Assembly (NCBI GenBank): GCA_964016885.1
Contig: OZ024765.1
Location: forward strand, 13,640,001-13,704,000
Length of the DNA stretch: 64,000 nt
Direction: 5' to 3'
Source of the DNA: Eledone cirrhosa
Lineage: Eukaryota
Each line of letters opens with the position of its first letter. Within the stretch, counting starts at the first letter, position 1. Positions 13,065-26,432 of this stretch are shown piece after piece. The translations under genes were made by a program, and so were the position numbers. The notes under the pieces are model-generated. The model was not told the origin of the DNA. It saw only the letters and a program-made list of their open reading frames with translations, and ran no database searches.

Positions 13065-13203
13065 TTAAGGCTTTTTTGTAGTAGACTGAGAAGATGAAAT
13101 AAGCTTCAAATATGCAGTCGTAATTAAAAATCTTTTTTTCCTATCATAATTCTGATCTCAGAACTAAAATGGATAAATAAATATCATATTTATGGCCTAC
13201 ATT

Positions 13204-14155
13204 TTTACTGGTGGACAGATTGTTGTAAAAATTTGCTGTATTACAGCAAAGACTTTAATATTTAATGTGATGTAGTTATAGTGTTGTTTTGTACTAAATG
13301 TTTATAGTATCTTTACTGGTGGACAGATTGTTGTGAAAATTTACAGTATTACAGTAAAGACTTTAATATTTAATGTGATGTAGTCATAGTGTTGTTTTGT
13401 ACTAAATGTTTATAGTATCTTTACTGGTGGACAGATTGTTGTGAAAATTTACAGTATTACAGTAAAGACTTTAATATTTAATGTGATGTAGTCATAGTGT
13501 TGTTTTGTACTAAATGTTTATAGTATCTTTACTGGTGGACAGATTGTTGTGAAAATTTACAGTATTACAGTAAAGACTTTAATATTTAATGTGATGTAGT
13601 CATAGTGTTGTTTTGTACTAAATGTTTATAGTATCTTTACTGGTGGACAGACTGTTGTGAATATTTACAGTATTACAGCAAAGACTTTAATATTTAATGT
13701 GATGTAGTTATAGTGTTGTTTTGTACTAAATGTTTATAGTATCTTTACTGGTGGACAGATTGTTGTGAAAATTTACAGTATTACAGCAAAGACTTTAATA
13801 TTTAATGTGATGTAGTTATAGTGTTGTTTTGTACTAAATGTTTATAGTATCTTTACTGGTGGACAGATTGTTGTGAAAATTTACAGTATTACAGTAAAGA
13901 CTTTAATATTTAATGTGATGTAGTTATAGTGTTGTTTTGTACTAAATGTTTATAGTATCTTTACTGGTGGACAGATTGTTGTGAAAATTTACAGTATTAC
14001 AGTAAAGACTTTAATATTTAATGTGATGTAGTCATAGTGTTGTTTTGTACTAAATGTTTATAGTATCTTTACTGGTGGACAGATTGTAGTGAATATTTAC
14101 AGTATTACAGTAAAGACTTTAATATTTAATGTGATGTAGTTATAGTGTTGTTTTG
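13204..14155. repeat. 108-bp tandem array, about 9 copies
   Basis: Unit begins TTTACTGGTGGACAGATTG. Single monomers occur at about 53195, 55655 and 58160. Confidence 0.95.
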
Positions 14156-14286
14156 AACTTTTTAATAATTGTTTCTACTTTTTGGCACAAGGCCAGCAAT
14201 TACCCAGTGCATTACTGGTACTTTAATAATGCCTGCTAATGTGGTTTTATACTGAGTTAATATATATATATAAACATTTTACTTAC

Positions 14287-14454
14287 ATTAAAATGTGATG
14301 AACAAGGTATTTCTTCAACATCTTCTCTCTGTTGACACTCACATGTGGGGGATAAGTAGGTTTGGGTGAAAGAAACCTTATTAAAAGGTAAACCATTTGG
14401 TCCATTGAAGTCATTAATGATATCAAAATCAAAGTTGCCACAAAGGCCTTGAAT
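14287..14454 (-). CDS. Exon: VWD2 end (IQGLCGNFDFDIINDFNGPNG...IPCSSHFN)
   Basis: 168 nt, phase 0/0, GLCGNFD...NDF motif. Not in the ORF track. Confidence 0.93.
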
Positions 14455-14574
14455 CTGTCAAAGAAATATAATATACTAGGAATTGTTTCAACATGCTGAC
14501 ATGTATGTGTGTGTGTGTGTGTGCATATGCATACATTTATATATATGAGTATGTAAATATAAACACATCACATG

Positions 14575-14820
14575 TCCATCATCATCATTTTACGTCCGCT
14601 TGTCCATGCTTGCAAGGGTGGGACAGGTCCTATTCAGCACAGCATCTCTCCACTTGTCACGGTCCTTAGTCATCTCCTCCGTGAGCCTCAGCGATCTGAG
14701 GTCTGCTCTCACCACATCCGCCCATGTTTTCCGTGGTCTTCCTCTATTGCGTCTTCCTTCTACTGTCCATATCAACGTAACCTCCTCTTTCTGCACACAG
14801 CATTTGATTCCTCTTATGTT
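14575..14820 (-). mobile_element. RTE-type LINE 3' fragment
   Basis: VEGRRNRGRPRKTWADVVRADL followed by a (GAT)n tail. Confidence 0.8.
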
Positions 14821-14860
14821 TAGTCCATCTCTCAGTTCGTTTATGCTTTATATATATCTA

Positions 14861-15250
14861 TGGAGGCACATTGTTTAGTGGTTAGAGCATTGGCCTTGCA
14901 ATCGAAAGGTTGTGGGTTCAATTCTCAGACCAGGTGATGCGTTGTTTCCTTGAGCAAGACACTTTATTTTGCATTGCTCCAGTTTACTCAGCTGTAGAAA
15001 TGAGATGATTGGACTGGGGTCCCTATCATTCCACTGCAAAGTGGTCATGTAGGAACCACGGCAAAAAAGTACCCAGCCCACTGTAAATTGGACGTGTAGG
15101 TGCCACGGAAAAAAAGCACCCAGCACTCACTGTAAATGAGGTAGGTGTTAGGAAGGGCATCCAACTGTAGAAATCAAGCCAGAATCAGTTCCTGTCCCAC
15201 CCTTGCAAGCAGGGAAAAGCAAACGTAAAATGAAATGAAAAAAAAAATGA
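14861..15250 (+). mobile_element. SINE family A
   Basis: Full-length match to 3124-3472. Confidence 0.85.
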
Positions 15251-16210
15251 TATATATATAGGGACTGTAATGTCCAGTTACTGTAGGTTCACCAGAGTGA
15301 ACACTCGATGCATAGTTTCCAGTAAGTATATTAGTGGTCTTCATTACGTTTATTGAAGTGTGACGCATGTTTCACGGTTGATTTGCTCAAGGTTCGATCT
15401 GAATCAATCTGGCCTGACTCTGAAATCAAAAGCTCGTCGGACTTCTGTTATGATAATGATAGAACAAAGATCCAACAAGCTTTTGGTTCCAGAGTCAGGC
15501 CAGATTGATACAGGTCAAACCTTGAGCTGATCAATCACAAAACGCACAGCACACCTCAATAAACATAATGAGCATCTAACACTTCGTCCTTTATTATTTT
15601 CAGTATATATACATATATATATGTCATGTAGGAGACACGGTAAAAAGGCTCCCAGTCCACACTGTCAATGTGGTTGGTGTTAGGAAGAGCATTCTGCCAT
15701 AAAAAAGTCTGTCAGATACAGTCCTATATGAGTGAGACATGGTCACCCAATCAATCTTACCTAAGGTGGGGCAATTCATGGAAGATAGACGTTAAACGAT
15801 GATGATGATATATATATCATCATCAGCATCATCACCGTTTTACATCCATTCTTCCACGCTAGCATGAGTTAGACGGATTGTCCTGTTGTGGGCAGTGTTC
15901 GGTTGGCTGACCTTGTCTTACGGGAACTGATTCTGGCTTGATTTCTATAGCTGGATGCCCTTCCTAACACCAACCTCATTTACAGTGAGTGCTGGGTGCT
16001 TTTTTGTCCAGGCGCCTCCACATCCACTTTACAGTGTGGGCTGGGTGCTTTTTTGCCGTGGCACCTCCACGACCACTTTGCAGTGAAAGCAGGGTGGGGA
16101 CATATATAACCCCTATAAATTCATTTTATCCAACAGACACACACAAGAATAAATAAAAGAGAATATATGTATTCAAAACAAAATATATTTGTGCACACAT
16201 ATATACTTAC

Positions 16211-16519
16211 CTTTCCTTTAAATGGCTCCATATTCAGTTTAATATAGATCTGTCTATTTTCATTATAGAGTATTCGGAATCCAGTTCCTTCTATAAGGTA
16301 AAATGAAGAGGTTGCTTTTTTCACAGTTACACTCCTGGAATGGTCAGGCAGTTGTTGTATGTTTCTACCATTTATTAAGATATTATCGTTGCTGATAGTC
16401 ACGAAGAAATCATGACTTTCAACAGTGATACCAGATGTACAGTTGTAAACTCTTCTCCAGATGTTCTTGCACTGACCAAAATGGAGCAGGACTTTCAAAG
16501 AAACATCTGAACTATGTGG
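16211..16519 (-). CDS. Exon: VWD2 middle (PHSSDVSLKV...IYIKLNMEPFKGK)
   Basis: 309 nt, phase 0/0, attgcag / GTAAGT. Confidence 0.92.
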
Positions 16520-16537
16520 CTGCAATAGAAAATGAAT

Positions 16538-16912
<375 letters not shown>

Positions 16913-16914
16913 TA

Positions 16915-19021
16915 AAGAAGAAATTAAAAGATGGTTAAAAAAGTTCCATATATTTTATTATGCGCATTTCGAAAACATCATCCTGGGACAAAAATTGTGT
17001 TCTCATCAGATAAAATAAGGTAACATGATATGAGGCCTAAAAACACTTGTGAACAAGAAAGTGTCCAGTCAACATATGACAAAAATATAAGAGAAGATAA
17101 AAAAATAGGAAAAATGAAGAAAAGGAAAGAAGGAAAAAGGAAAAAAGAAATAGAAGAGAGGAAAAAAGAAAAGAAAGGAGGAGGAGAGAGAGAGAGAGAT
17201 ACTTTTGATCGGGAAGACTGTCAAAAATGAAAAAACAGCTGTGAATAACAACTAAAAAAATATAATAATAAAAATAAATAAATAAATAAATTGATGAGGT
17301 GAATGTGCTAATATACAAATATTAGATGTCTAGAATAAAGAAACTGGGTATATTATTTAATATTGAGTTTGAATACTAAAAATTGGATTAAGAAGTGTAA
17401 AAATGTATTAATAAAATAAAAAAATAAAATAAAATAAAACAAAATAAAATAAAATAAAATAAAATAAAATAAAATAAAATAAAAATTAAATTAAAAATAA
17501 TTATAACAATTATAAAAAAGGTGTTGTTTTTTTAAATAAAATAAAAAATAAAAATAAAATAAAATAAGATAGACTAGAATAAAAAATAAAAATAAGAATA
17601 GTCTATCTATGTCAAAATTAAAAATTACTATTAAAAATTTATATATGTGGGGTATAGTATTTGATTATTATTTTATATCAACAAGTAAATAAAGGAAATT
17701 GCTAGAAAGGTTTATAAATGTAGAAAGACATATGACGTCATAGATTGTTTACAAAATCTACGAAGGTTTGAACGAAAAAAATTTACGTCAATAGAGAAAG
17801 AAGGTGAAAGGCTTAATAATGCAGAGAAAAGGGGATTAATGAAATATGTGAGAAAAAATGTGTGAAAGGATTTATGCGTAAAAATATATGCGTAAAAAAA
17901 TTAACCGTTATTCGTAGAATAAGTAATAGGACATTAGCTGTATACTTTGTGAAAGGTCTTAAAAGATTTATGAATGCAGAGACCAAATAAGTCCGTACGT
18001 CTATTTATTAAAGAGTTGAAATTCGAGATAATGGTAAATTTTTCAGCTAGACATAAATTACAAACCCTAGATATAGAAGCATTGGAGTAAGGTGAAGTGT
18101 TGCAAATTTTACACCAAGAGATTTCGTAATTAATGTTTTTGTCTTTTAAGGACCAAATAAATTCTGAGAGTGCGGTGCTGGTCCTTTTAAGTGGATATTT
18201 AAATGTAGAAGAATGGTTATAGAGTCTTGTTTTAAAATAAGTAGAAGTAGAGCCAATGTAGGTATATGTATTGGTACCAGTTACCACTTTACATTTGTAA
18301 ATTAAGTTTTTATCGAGACAGAAATTACTAAGAGGACAATTAGTTCTAATAGGACAGTTGCATTTATGATTAAGATTATTAACAGAGTTATTTACCAGTG
18401 GCCCAGGAATATTTATAATAGGAACTGGAGTGGTGGAATTAGCTAAAGGAGATGCTAAAGTTTCCTGATTTACATTACTATTTGAAGCATTCCTCAAAGA
18501 TACATTTGACGTATTTATATCTAAGTTATTTTGCCTAGAGTTTACATTGCCGTCGGGCCTTAGAGTGTTATTATTATAACTCTCATGTTGGATGCATATG
18601 AGTTATTATTTAATATTTTAGAATTATGTCTTGAGATAATTTTAGAAATGTTGGAAGTAGTGGAATATGAGAATTTAATGGTATGCTTATTAAACATTTT
18701 GCTATAAATATGTGAAGGGGGGAAGCTGTTATCTAAAGCCCTAAAAAATAATTTAGGGATATTACTAATAAGTTAAAGAGAGAAGGGAGCGTTGTACCAT
18801 AGGATATTTTTATATCTAGGTCTCCTCTTTATGTTACTGGTATGCTTACAACTAGCTACATTACTATAAGTTCTGCCAAGATTAGTTTCCTTAGTGTATT
18901 TAACCATCTTTTTAATTTCTTCTTTTTAATTTCTTCTTTACTCCAGTTCTACCAACTGTCGAGTGTTACTTATCTGATATATGCATAGTTTTATTGTTCT
19001 ACAATATTACTCACCTTCTAC
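16915..19021 (-). mobile_element. 5'-truncated Penelope-like retroelement (linker, GIY-YIG endonuclease and pLTR)
   Basis: ORF 17934-18497 has CNC..CPL...CL..NLIY...YIGST...FK.R..NH...CNLCL.EK...C.H. An upstream piece reads ILWYNAPF...FP..H...K.FN....K.SYS. A hammerhead-bearing terminus lies at 16915-17050 and a matching terminal fragment at about 18900-19020. Both flanks are (TA)n. Confidence 0.9.
16951..17017 (-). ncRNA. Minimal type I hammerhead ribozyme in the Penelope pLTR
   Basis: Minus strand reads TATTTTAT-CTGATGA-[stem II]-GAAA-TGCGCA-TA-ATAAAATA: 8-bp helix I, intact core, palindromic helix III. Confidence 0.85.
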
Positions 19022-19098
19022 ATATATATATATATATATATATAGATATATAACTATATATATAATATATATATAACTATATATATATATATAACTAT

Positions 19099-19154
<56 letters not shown>

Positions 19155-19300
19155 ACTATATATATAATATATATATATAACTATATATATATATATATAA
19201 CTATATATATATATAAATATATATAGTAATAAGAACGAAGAAGTTTCGTTTACATGTATTTAGTTTTTTATTGTGTATCGAAGAAGAAGAAGAAGAAGAA

Positions 19301-19377
<77 letters not shown>

Positions 19378-19389
19378 AAAAGTAATTAC

Positions 19390-19531
19390 CTCAACTAACG
19401 AGTAGCTACAAGCCTGGGGCTCTAACTTATAATGTTGACCATCAAATGTTGTAATTGAAGATCTTCCAAAAATAGTACAAACTGCTGGACACTTCTTCTT
19501 CTCACAATCCCATATACCATCACAACAAGAA
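19390..19531 (-). CDS. Exon: E-module end / VWD2 start (SCCDGIWDCEKKKCPAVCTIFGRSSITTFDG...YSLVE)
   Basis: 142 nt, phase 2/0, TFDG motif. Confidence 0.93.
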
Positions 19532-21551
19532 CTGAAAACAATAACAAATATAATCATATCTATTGTCACATGGCTCAGTAGTTATAGTAGTTAGAGCATT
19601 GGGCTTGTAAACGAAATGTAATTAGCAGTAGAGCCGAGAGTTTAATAGCTAGAATAAGGATAGGTTAGAATAATTTGAGAGAGTTACTTTGTGAGAGTTA
19701 CTTTCTGAAAGGTTGTGAGTTCGATTCTCGGACCAGGTGATGCATTTATTTTCCAACAATCATTTTGAATGAGATATGACCTCTATTTATTCAAAGTGTT
19801 AGTAAAAAAAATTTGTTTCATGCAGTCATGTCAATCTATAGATAAAGATATATATAAGGTCAGAATATCGATGGTAGAAGGGAATCAGCTTATATCCGGT
19901 GAACGTGCATGGCTTAGTGGTTAGAGTATTGTGCTTGCGATCGAAAGGTTGTGAGTTCGATTCTCGGACCGGGTGATGTATTGTGTCCTTGAGAAAGACA
20001 CTTTATTCCACGTTGCTCCAGTTTACTCAGCTGTAGAAATGAGTTGCGATGTCACTGGTGCCAAGTTGTATCATTGGACATAATAAAGAGTGTGTATAGC
20101 TGTATCAGTCATTGCCTTTCCCTTGGACAACATCATATAGAGTGTATATATACTGTACATAGTGTGTATCTAATGTATATATAATGTATATATACTGTAC
20201 ATATTATAATGTATTTATGATGTATATTTACTGTACATAGTGTGTATCTAATGTATATATATTGTATATATACTGTACATATTATCTGTATAATGTATTT
20301 ATGATGTATATATAGTGTATATAATGTATATATATTGTATATATACTGTACATATTATCTGTATAATGTATTTATGATGTATATATACTGTACATAGTGT
20401 GTATAATGTATATATATTGTATATATACTGTACATATTATCTGTATAATGTATTTATGATGTATATATAGTGTACATATTGTGTATATAATGTATATATA
20501 CTGTACATATTATCTGTATAATGTATTTATGATGCATATATAGTGTACATATTGTGTATATAATGTATGTATATATCGATCGACTTTCATCAAATCGGAC
20601 AGACTAAACAATGTTTCCATCGGCATTTCCATTTGCTAGTACTATCTATTGGTTACAACTCCATGTAGAAGGAGCAACATGAAATAAAGTGTCTTGCTCA
20701 AGGACATAACGCATCGCTCAGTCCAGGAATCGAACTCACAACCTCAAGATTGCGAATCCAATTCTCTAACCACTCAGCCACACGCCTTCACTATATAATG
20801 TATATATAGTGTATATATGAGTTGAAATGTCACTGATGCCAAGCTGTATTGGATTTTGCCTTTCCCTTGGACAACATCATATATAGTGTATATATACTGT
20901 ACATAGTGTGTATATAATGTATATATAGTGTATATATGAGTTGAAATGACACTGTTGCCAAGCTGTATCAGCCATTACCTTTCCCTTGGACACCATCGGT
21001 GGCGTGGAGAGGGGAGACTGGTATGCATGGGTGACTGCTGGTCTTCCACAAACAACCTTGCCTGGACTTGTGCCTTTCTCTTTGGACAACATCATATATT
21101 GTGTATATATACTGTACATAGTGTATATATAGTGTATATATAGTGTATATATGCTGTACACAGTGTGTATGTAATGTATATATAGAGTATATATACTGTA
21201 TATAGTGTATATATAATGTATATACAGTGTATATATACTGTACACAGTGTGTATATAATGTATATATAGAGTATATATACTGTATATAGTGTATATATAA
21301 TATACATAGTTTGTATATATGCTGTACATAGTGTGTATATAATGTATATATAGTGTATATATACTATACATAGTTTGTATATAATGTGTATATATACTGT
21401 ACATAGTGTGTATATAATGTATATATAGTGTATACACGAGTTATGACATCCACAAAAACACCTTGCCCGGGTGTGAGCCTCAAAGTGGACCTTTCTAGGC
21501 CCCAAACCCCTGGTCATAGGGAAGACAAAACAAACAAAAGCTTAAACTCAC

Positions 21552-21789
21552 CATTTGTTACATAACATCTTAACAGTTGAACCTGTTTTGTATTTGTAAT
21601 TCTGGTATTCACAAGGACACTTAGATTGTTCAATACATTTACCATCTTCATAGAATAGATTTGGTTTACAACGGCAGGTAGGAACACAGGAGAAGTCACA
21701 TTCTGTGGAGGTCATGTTGATGGTATGACAAGTAGCAGGACAGGCACTTGTACATTCGTCATAGACCATTCCAGCTGGACAGGTTTTCG
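21552..21789 (-). CDS. Exon: TIL domain plus E/VWC-like start (KTCPAGMVYDECTSACPATC...MLCNK)
   Basis: 238 nt, phase 1/2, TIL cysteine pattern, donor GTGAGT. Confidence 0.95.
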
Positions 21790-22007
21790 CTGTTTAAAAT
21801 AAACATAAAAAGGAAAGAAAATATTTTCAAAAGATAGTTTCACAATTAAACTGTTGAAGATTTATCAGTGATAGTACCAATCACTTTTTGATGTTTACAA
21901 GTGATGGAAGGTAGGAGGCTGAATTAAGTGCAAGAATTGCAGGAACTGGTGCAGTAATGAAAAATCAGTGCTGTGAAAACCGAGACACCGAGGAACCCTG
22001 CGCAGTG

Positions 22008-23191
22008 CACTCTAGATGTGAATGGAGTTCAATTGAAGCAGGTGGAGAAGTTCAAGTATCTTGGGGCCATGTTCATGAGTGATGGAAGGCAGGAGGCTGA
22101 ATTAAATCACTCTAGATGTGAATGGAGTTCAATTGAAGCAGGTGGAGAAGTTCAAGTATCTTGGGGCCGTGTTCATGAGTGATGGAAGGCAGGAGACTGA
22201 ATTAAATCACTCTAGATGTGAATGGAGTTCAATTGAAGCAGGTGAAGTTCAAATATCTTGGGGCTGTGTTCATGAGTGATGGAAGGCAGGAGGCTGAATT
22301 AAATCACTCTAGATGTGAATGGAGTTCAATTGAAGCAGGTGAAGTTCAAGTATGTTGGGGCCATGTTCATGAGTGATGGAAGGCAGGAGGCTGAATTAAA
22401 TCACTCTAGATGTGAATGGAGTTCAATTGAAGCAGGTGGAGAAGTTCAAGTATCTTGGGGCCGTGTTCATGAGTGATGGAAGGCAGGAGACTGAATTAAA
22501 TCACTCTAGATGTGAATGGAGTTCAATTGAAGCAGGTGAAGTTCAAATATCTTGGGGCCGTGTTCATGAGTGATGGAAGGCAGGAGGCTGAATTAAATCA
22601 CTCTAGATGTGAATGGAGTTCAATTGAAGCAGGTGGAGAAGTTCAAGTATCTTGGGGCCGTGTTCATGAGTGATGGAAGGCAGGAGACTGAATTAAATCA
22701 CTCTAGATGTGAATGGAGTTCAATTGAAGCAGGTGAAGTTCAAGTATCTTGGGGCCGTGTTCATGAGTGATGGAAGGCAGGAGACTGAATTAAATCACTC
22801 TAGATGTGAATGGAGTTCAATTGAAGCAGGTGAAGTTCAAGTATCTTAGGGCCGTGTTCATGAGTGATGGAAGGCAGGAGACTGAATTAAAACACTCTAG
22901 ATGTGAATGGAGTTCAATTGAAGCAGGTGGAGAAGTTCAAGTATCTTGGGGCCGTGTTCATGAGTGATGGAAGGCAGGAGACTGAATTAAATCACTCTAG
23001 ATGTGAATGGAGTTCAATTGAAGCAGGTGGAGAAGTTCAAGTATCTTGGGGCCGTGTTCATGAGTGATGGAAGGCAGGAGGCTGAATTAAATCACTCTAG
23101 ATGTGAATGGAGTTCAATTGAAGCAGGTGGAGAAGTTCAAGTATCTTGGGGCCATGTTCATGAGTGATGGAAGGCAGGAGGCTGAATTAAA
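22008..23191. repeat. 100/97-bp tandem array, 12 copies, inside a LINE RT C-terminal fragment (about 21890-23340, +)
   Basis: The unit encodes LDVNGVQLKQVEKFKYLGAMFMSDGRQEAELN. Confidence 0.95.
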
Positions 23192-23502
23192 TGCAAGAAT
23201 TGCAGGAGTTTGTGCAGTGCACCAGCTTCAGCATTCAGTAATCAGAAGAGATGTAAAAGCCAAACTTGCTATCTCTTCAATTCGGTATTCATGTCAACCC
23301 TTACCTATGGTCATGACTGAAAGGATATGATCGCGTATACAATAAATTTAATAAATTTGTGAAGAAATGTACCAAAATTCTTTTTTTCTCAAAATGTCCT
23401 TGTAAAACTGGGGGGGGGGGGGGTCCAATAGGCTATCAAATATGGTAATTTGTAACATTGCTCAATAAATTGAAGACTACCAGAATATAAGAATATACTT
23501 AC

Positions 23503-23662
23503 TGCATCCTACTTTCTCTCTCCAAATTATTTTTTTCTTTTCTGCACTGCATTCTCGGGAGTAGGAAGCAAAAACATTGCAAACAATTCTAAAAGCTTCC
23601 TGAAAGGAATAAGCTCTAGAACTAGCTGTATCACAGAGCTCAATCCATCTGGAGGGATCAAC
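23503..23662 (-). CDS. Exon: C8 domain (VDPSRWIELCDT...CNVFASYSRECSAEKKKIIWREKVGC)
   Basis: 160 nt, phase 0/1, C8 motif Y..EC.....WR...C. Confidence 0.92.
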
Positions 23663-24026
23663 CTGATAGAAGAAACATTGGGCATTAAATATCATAAATA
23701 AACTCTAGAACTTGTTGTATCAATCATAGAGCGCAATCCATCTAGAGAGATCAACTTGGAAGAAGTAACACTGAACATTAGATATCAAGAACAATAAACT
23801 CTAGAACTAGCTGTATCACAGAGCTCAATACATCTGGAGGGATCAACCTGGCAGAAGAATATATATATATATATAAATATATATATATATAAAACTTTAA
23901 TCTGTTATTTTAATAAATATTTGCTCTACGGTTTTTATATATTTTTATATATATTATCCTCATTGAGCCCTCTTCGGATTTTAGTCTTCACATTTATTAT
24001 TATTTCTATAAATATATATATATGTC

Positions 24027-24074
<48 letters not shown>

Positions 24075-24241
24075 TATGTTTTGAAACAGTGAGCAAGTTT
24101 GAAATTAGAAATAGAAACTTTCGCCATATTTTTGACTAAAGGATGGGGTTTAGAACCCTCTAAAAAATGGAAAAGGATGAGTATTGACGTAAATGGGATT
24201 CGAACCCACATCTTTGGTTATACAGTATATATAGTACTTAC

Positions 24242-24343
24242 TTTCTCGTGACAGGCTCGAAAGGGTTTTTCTCCCAGCAGTTGACACTTCCTCTGCAATC
24301 TAGGATTTTTGTAGTTCCCAGTAGTCAAAGGATTGGTTACACA
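24242..24343 (-). CDS. Exon: linker / C8 start (CVTNPL...KCQLLGEKPFRACHEK)
   Basis: 102 nt, phase 0/0, C..L...PF..CH motif, atttcag / GTAAGT. Confidence 0.9.
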
Positions 24344-25007
24344 CTGAAATAAAACAGAGTTTATATAAATACTTCATGTGAAAGTACATAGCTTAGTGGT
24401 TACAGTATTGGGCTTACAATTGCAAGGTTGTAAGTTTGATTCTCGGACCGGGTGATGCATTGTGTTCTTGAGCAAAACACTATATTTCATGTTGTTCCAG
24501 TACACTCAGCTGTAGAAATGAGTTGCAATGTCACTGGTGCCAAGCTGTATCCATCATTGCCTTTTCCTTGGACAACATCGGTGGTGTGGAGAGGAGAGTG
24601 CAGTATGTAGGTGACATGACAAAAATTACCCAGTCCACACTGTAAAGTGGTTGTAGGTGTCACAACAAAAAGCACCCAGCCCACACTGTAAATGTAGTTA
24701 TTTCTGTTTGCTTTTTGTATGCATACATATATATATATTAAATGAAAAAAGGGAGTTAAAGACTAGTGTTAATCCCCTGTGATTTAATGAGCTCAAGGAA
24801 TAAGTACCGAGCTCTTCATAATACAGTATATAGAGAAGAAAACACAAAAAGAGGGTATGTTTTCAATTACGAGGGGTAGAGAACCACTAGACTTTATAAT
24901 CTTCACTCTAGTGGTTCTCTACCACTCATAACTGAAGACATACCCCCTTTTTGTGTTTTCTTCTCAATATACTGCATTATATATATATATATATAAAGGG
25001 TTCCAAA

Positions 25008-25045
25008 ATACCTAATCCTGTGCAACGCCGGGTACCACTGCTAGT
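25008..25045 (+). mobile_element. Helitron-like 3' terminus remnant
   Basis: GC-rich imperfect hairpin CCTGTGCAACGCCGGG followed by ...GCTAG|T. Confidence 0.5.
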
Positions 25046-26063
25046 ATATATATATATATTCTTAGGGTAAACATTGATGCAATTCAATTCAAGCACTCAA
25101 CGTACTTTTTCCACATAGGAGTGACGTAGTAAATATCGAATAAGGAAAAGCGAAGTAGTTTCAAATGTTCAAGTCTTTTAATAATAATGCTGTGATATAT
25201 ATTTCAATGATGACACTGGCCACACTGTTCTATGTGTGAGTGTCGCGACATCGTCAGACAGCTTGTTACATAATAAAGTTATGTTTCCGAGGCAATCCAA
25301 ATTGAATCGACATGGGAACGGACGAAGTGTGTGCTTTTGGGTTCTTCATCCGTTCCCCTGTGAGTACCAATTCACCCCCCACCGGTCTGCGCAGGCGCAT
25401 GTCCAAAGGAAGTTGACCATTAGCTACCGCAGATTTCAACGAAATTCGCTTATTCAGTTCCCCCTCTCAGCCAAACAATGACCCATTCAGGCCTGTACCA
25501 TAGTTTACTGCTACCCATCCCATCTGTGGCAGTCAGCCGAAAGCCAGAGGGGATGGGAGAGTGTTAGTTTTTACAGGTCACAATACTACCTCTCGCCAAG
25601 CATGGACAGTACAACTGACCATCAACTACTAAGAGAAAATATACTTAATTCTAGGTATCATGGTTTTACATTGGAAGTTATGAGTGAGAGTTGGAAATAA
25701 AAATAAAAATTTAAATCGAAAATCCTAAATCAAATATCAGAAATTATAAATTAAAAAATTAAAAAGTTTAAAAATTAACAATTAGAAATTAAAAAATGTT
25801 TCAAGTGAGAATCCGGATTGAGGTGAGTAAAAAAACATATAGATTGAAGTGAGTTCCGTTCTAATGTATGGCACTATCGTTCAATATGTGGATAGTGTAA
25901 CTGTGACATTAGGACCCCTTTCAGAACTTCTTACTTAAACATCTCTCTGCATATTATTTACTCACTTCAATCTATATGTCTTTTTACTCACCTCAATCCG
26001 GATTCTCACTTGAAAAATTTTTTAATTTCTAATTGTTAATTTTTTAACAATTATGCACACACA

Positions 26064-26432
26064 TGGAGGCACATGGCTTAGTCGTTAGTGCATTGGCCTT
26101 GCAATCGAAAAGTTGTTAGTTCAATTCTCAGACTGCGTGATGTGTTGTTTCCTTCAGCAAGACACTTTATTTCACATTGCTCCAGTTTACTCAGCTGTAG
26201 AAATGAGATGATAAGGACTGGGGTCCATATCATTCCACTGCATTCCACTGCATTCCACTGCAAAGTGGTCGTGGAGGCGCCTCAACAAAAAAGCACCCAG
26301 CACTCACTGTAAATGAGGTTGGTGTTAGGAAGGGCATCCAGCTGTAGAAATCAAGCCAGAATCAGTTCCCGTCCCACCCTTGCAAGCAGGGAAAAAGCGG
26401 ACCTAAAATGAAATGATGATGATGATGATGAT
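26064..26432 (+). mobile_element. SINE family A
   Basis: Full-length match, with an internal 10-bp triplication CATTCCACTG. Confidence 0.85.

Noticed and set aside
25100-25600. Possible solo LTR
   Set aside because: It has a TGTGA end and an adjacent purine-rich stretch on the minus strand, but no matching second terminus or TSD could be defined.
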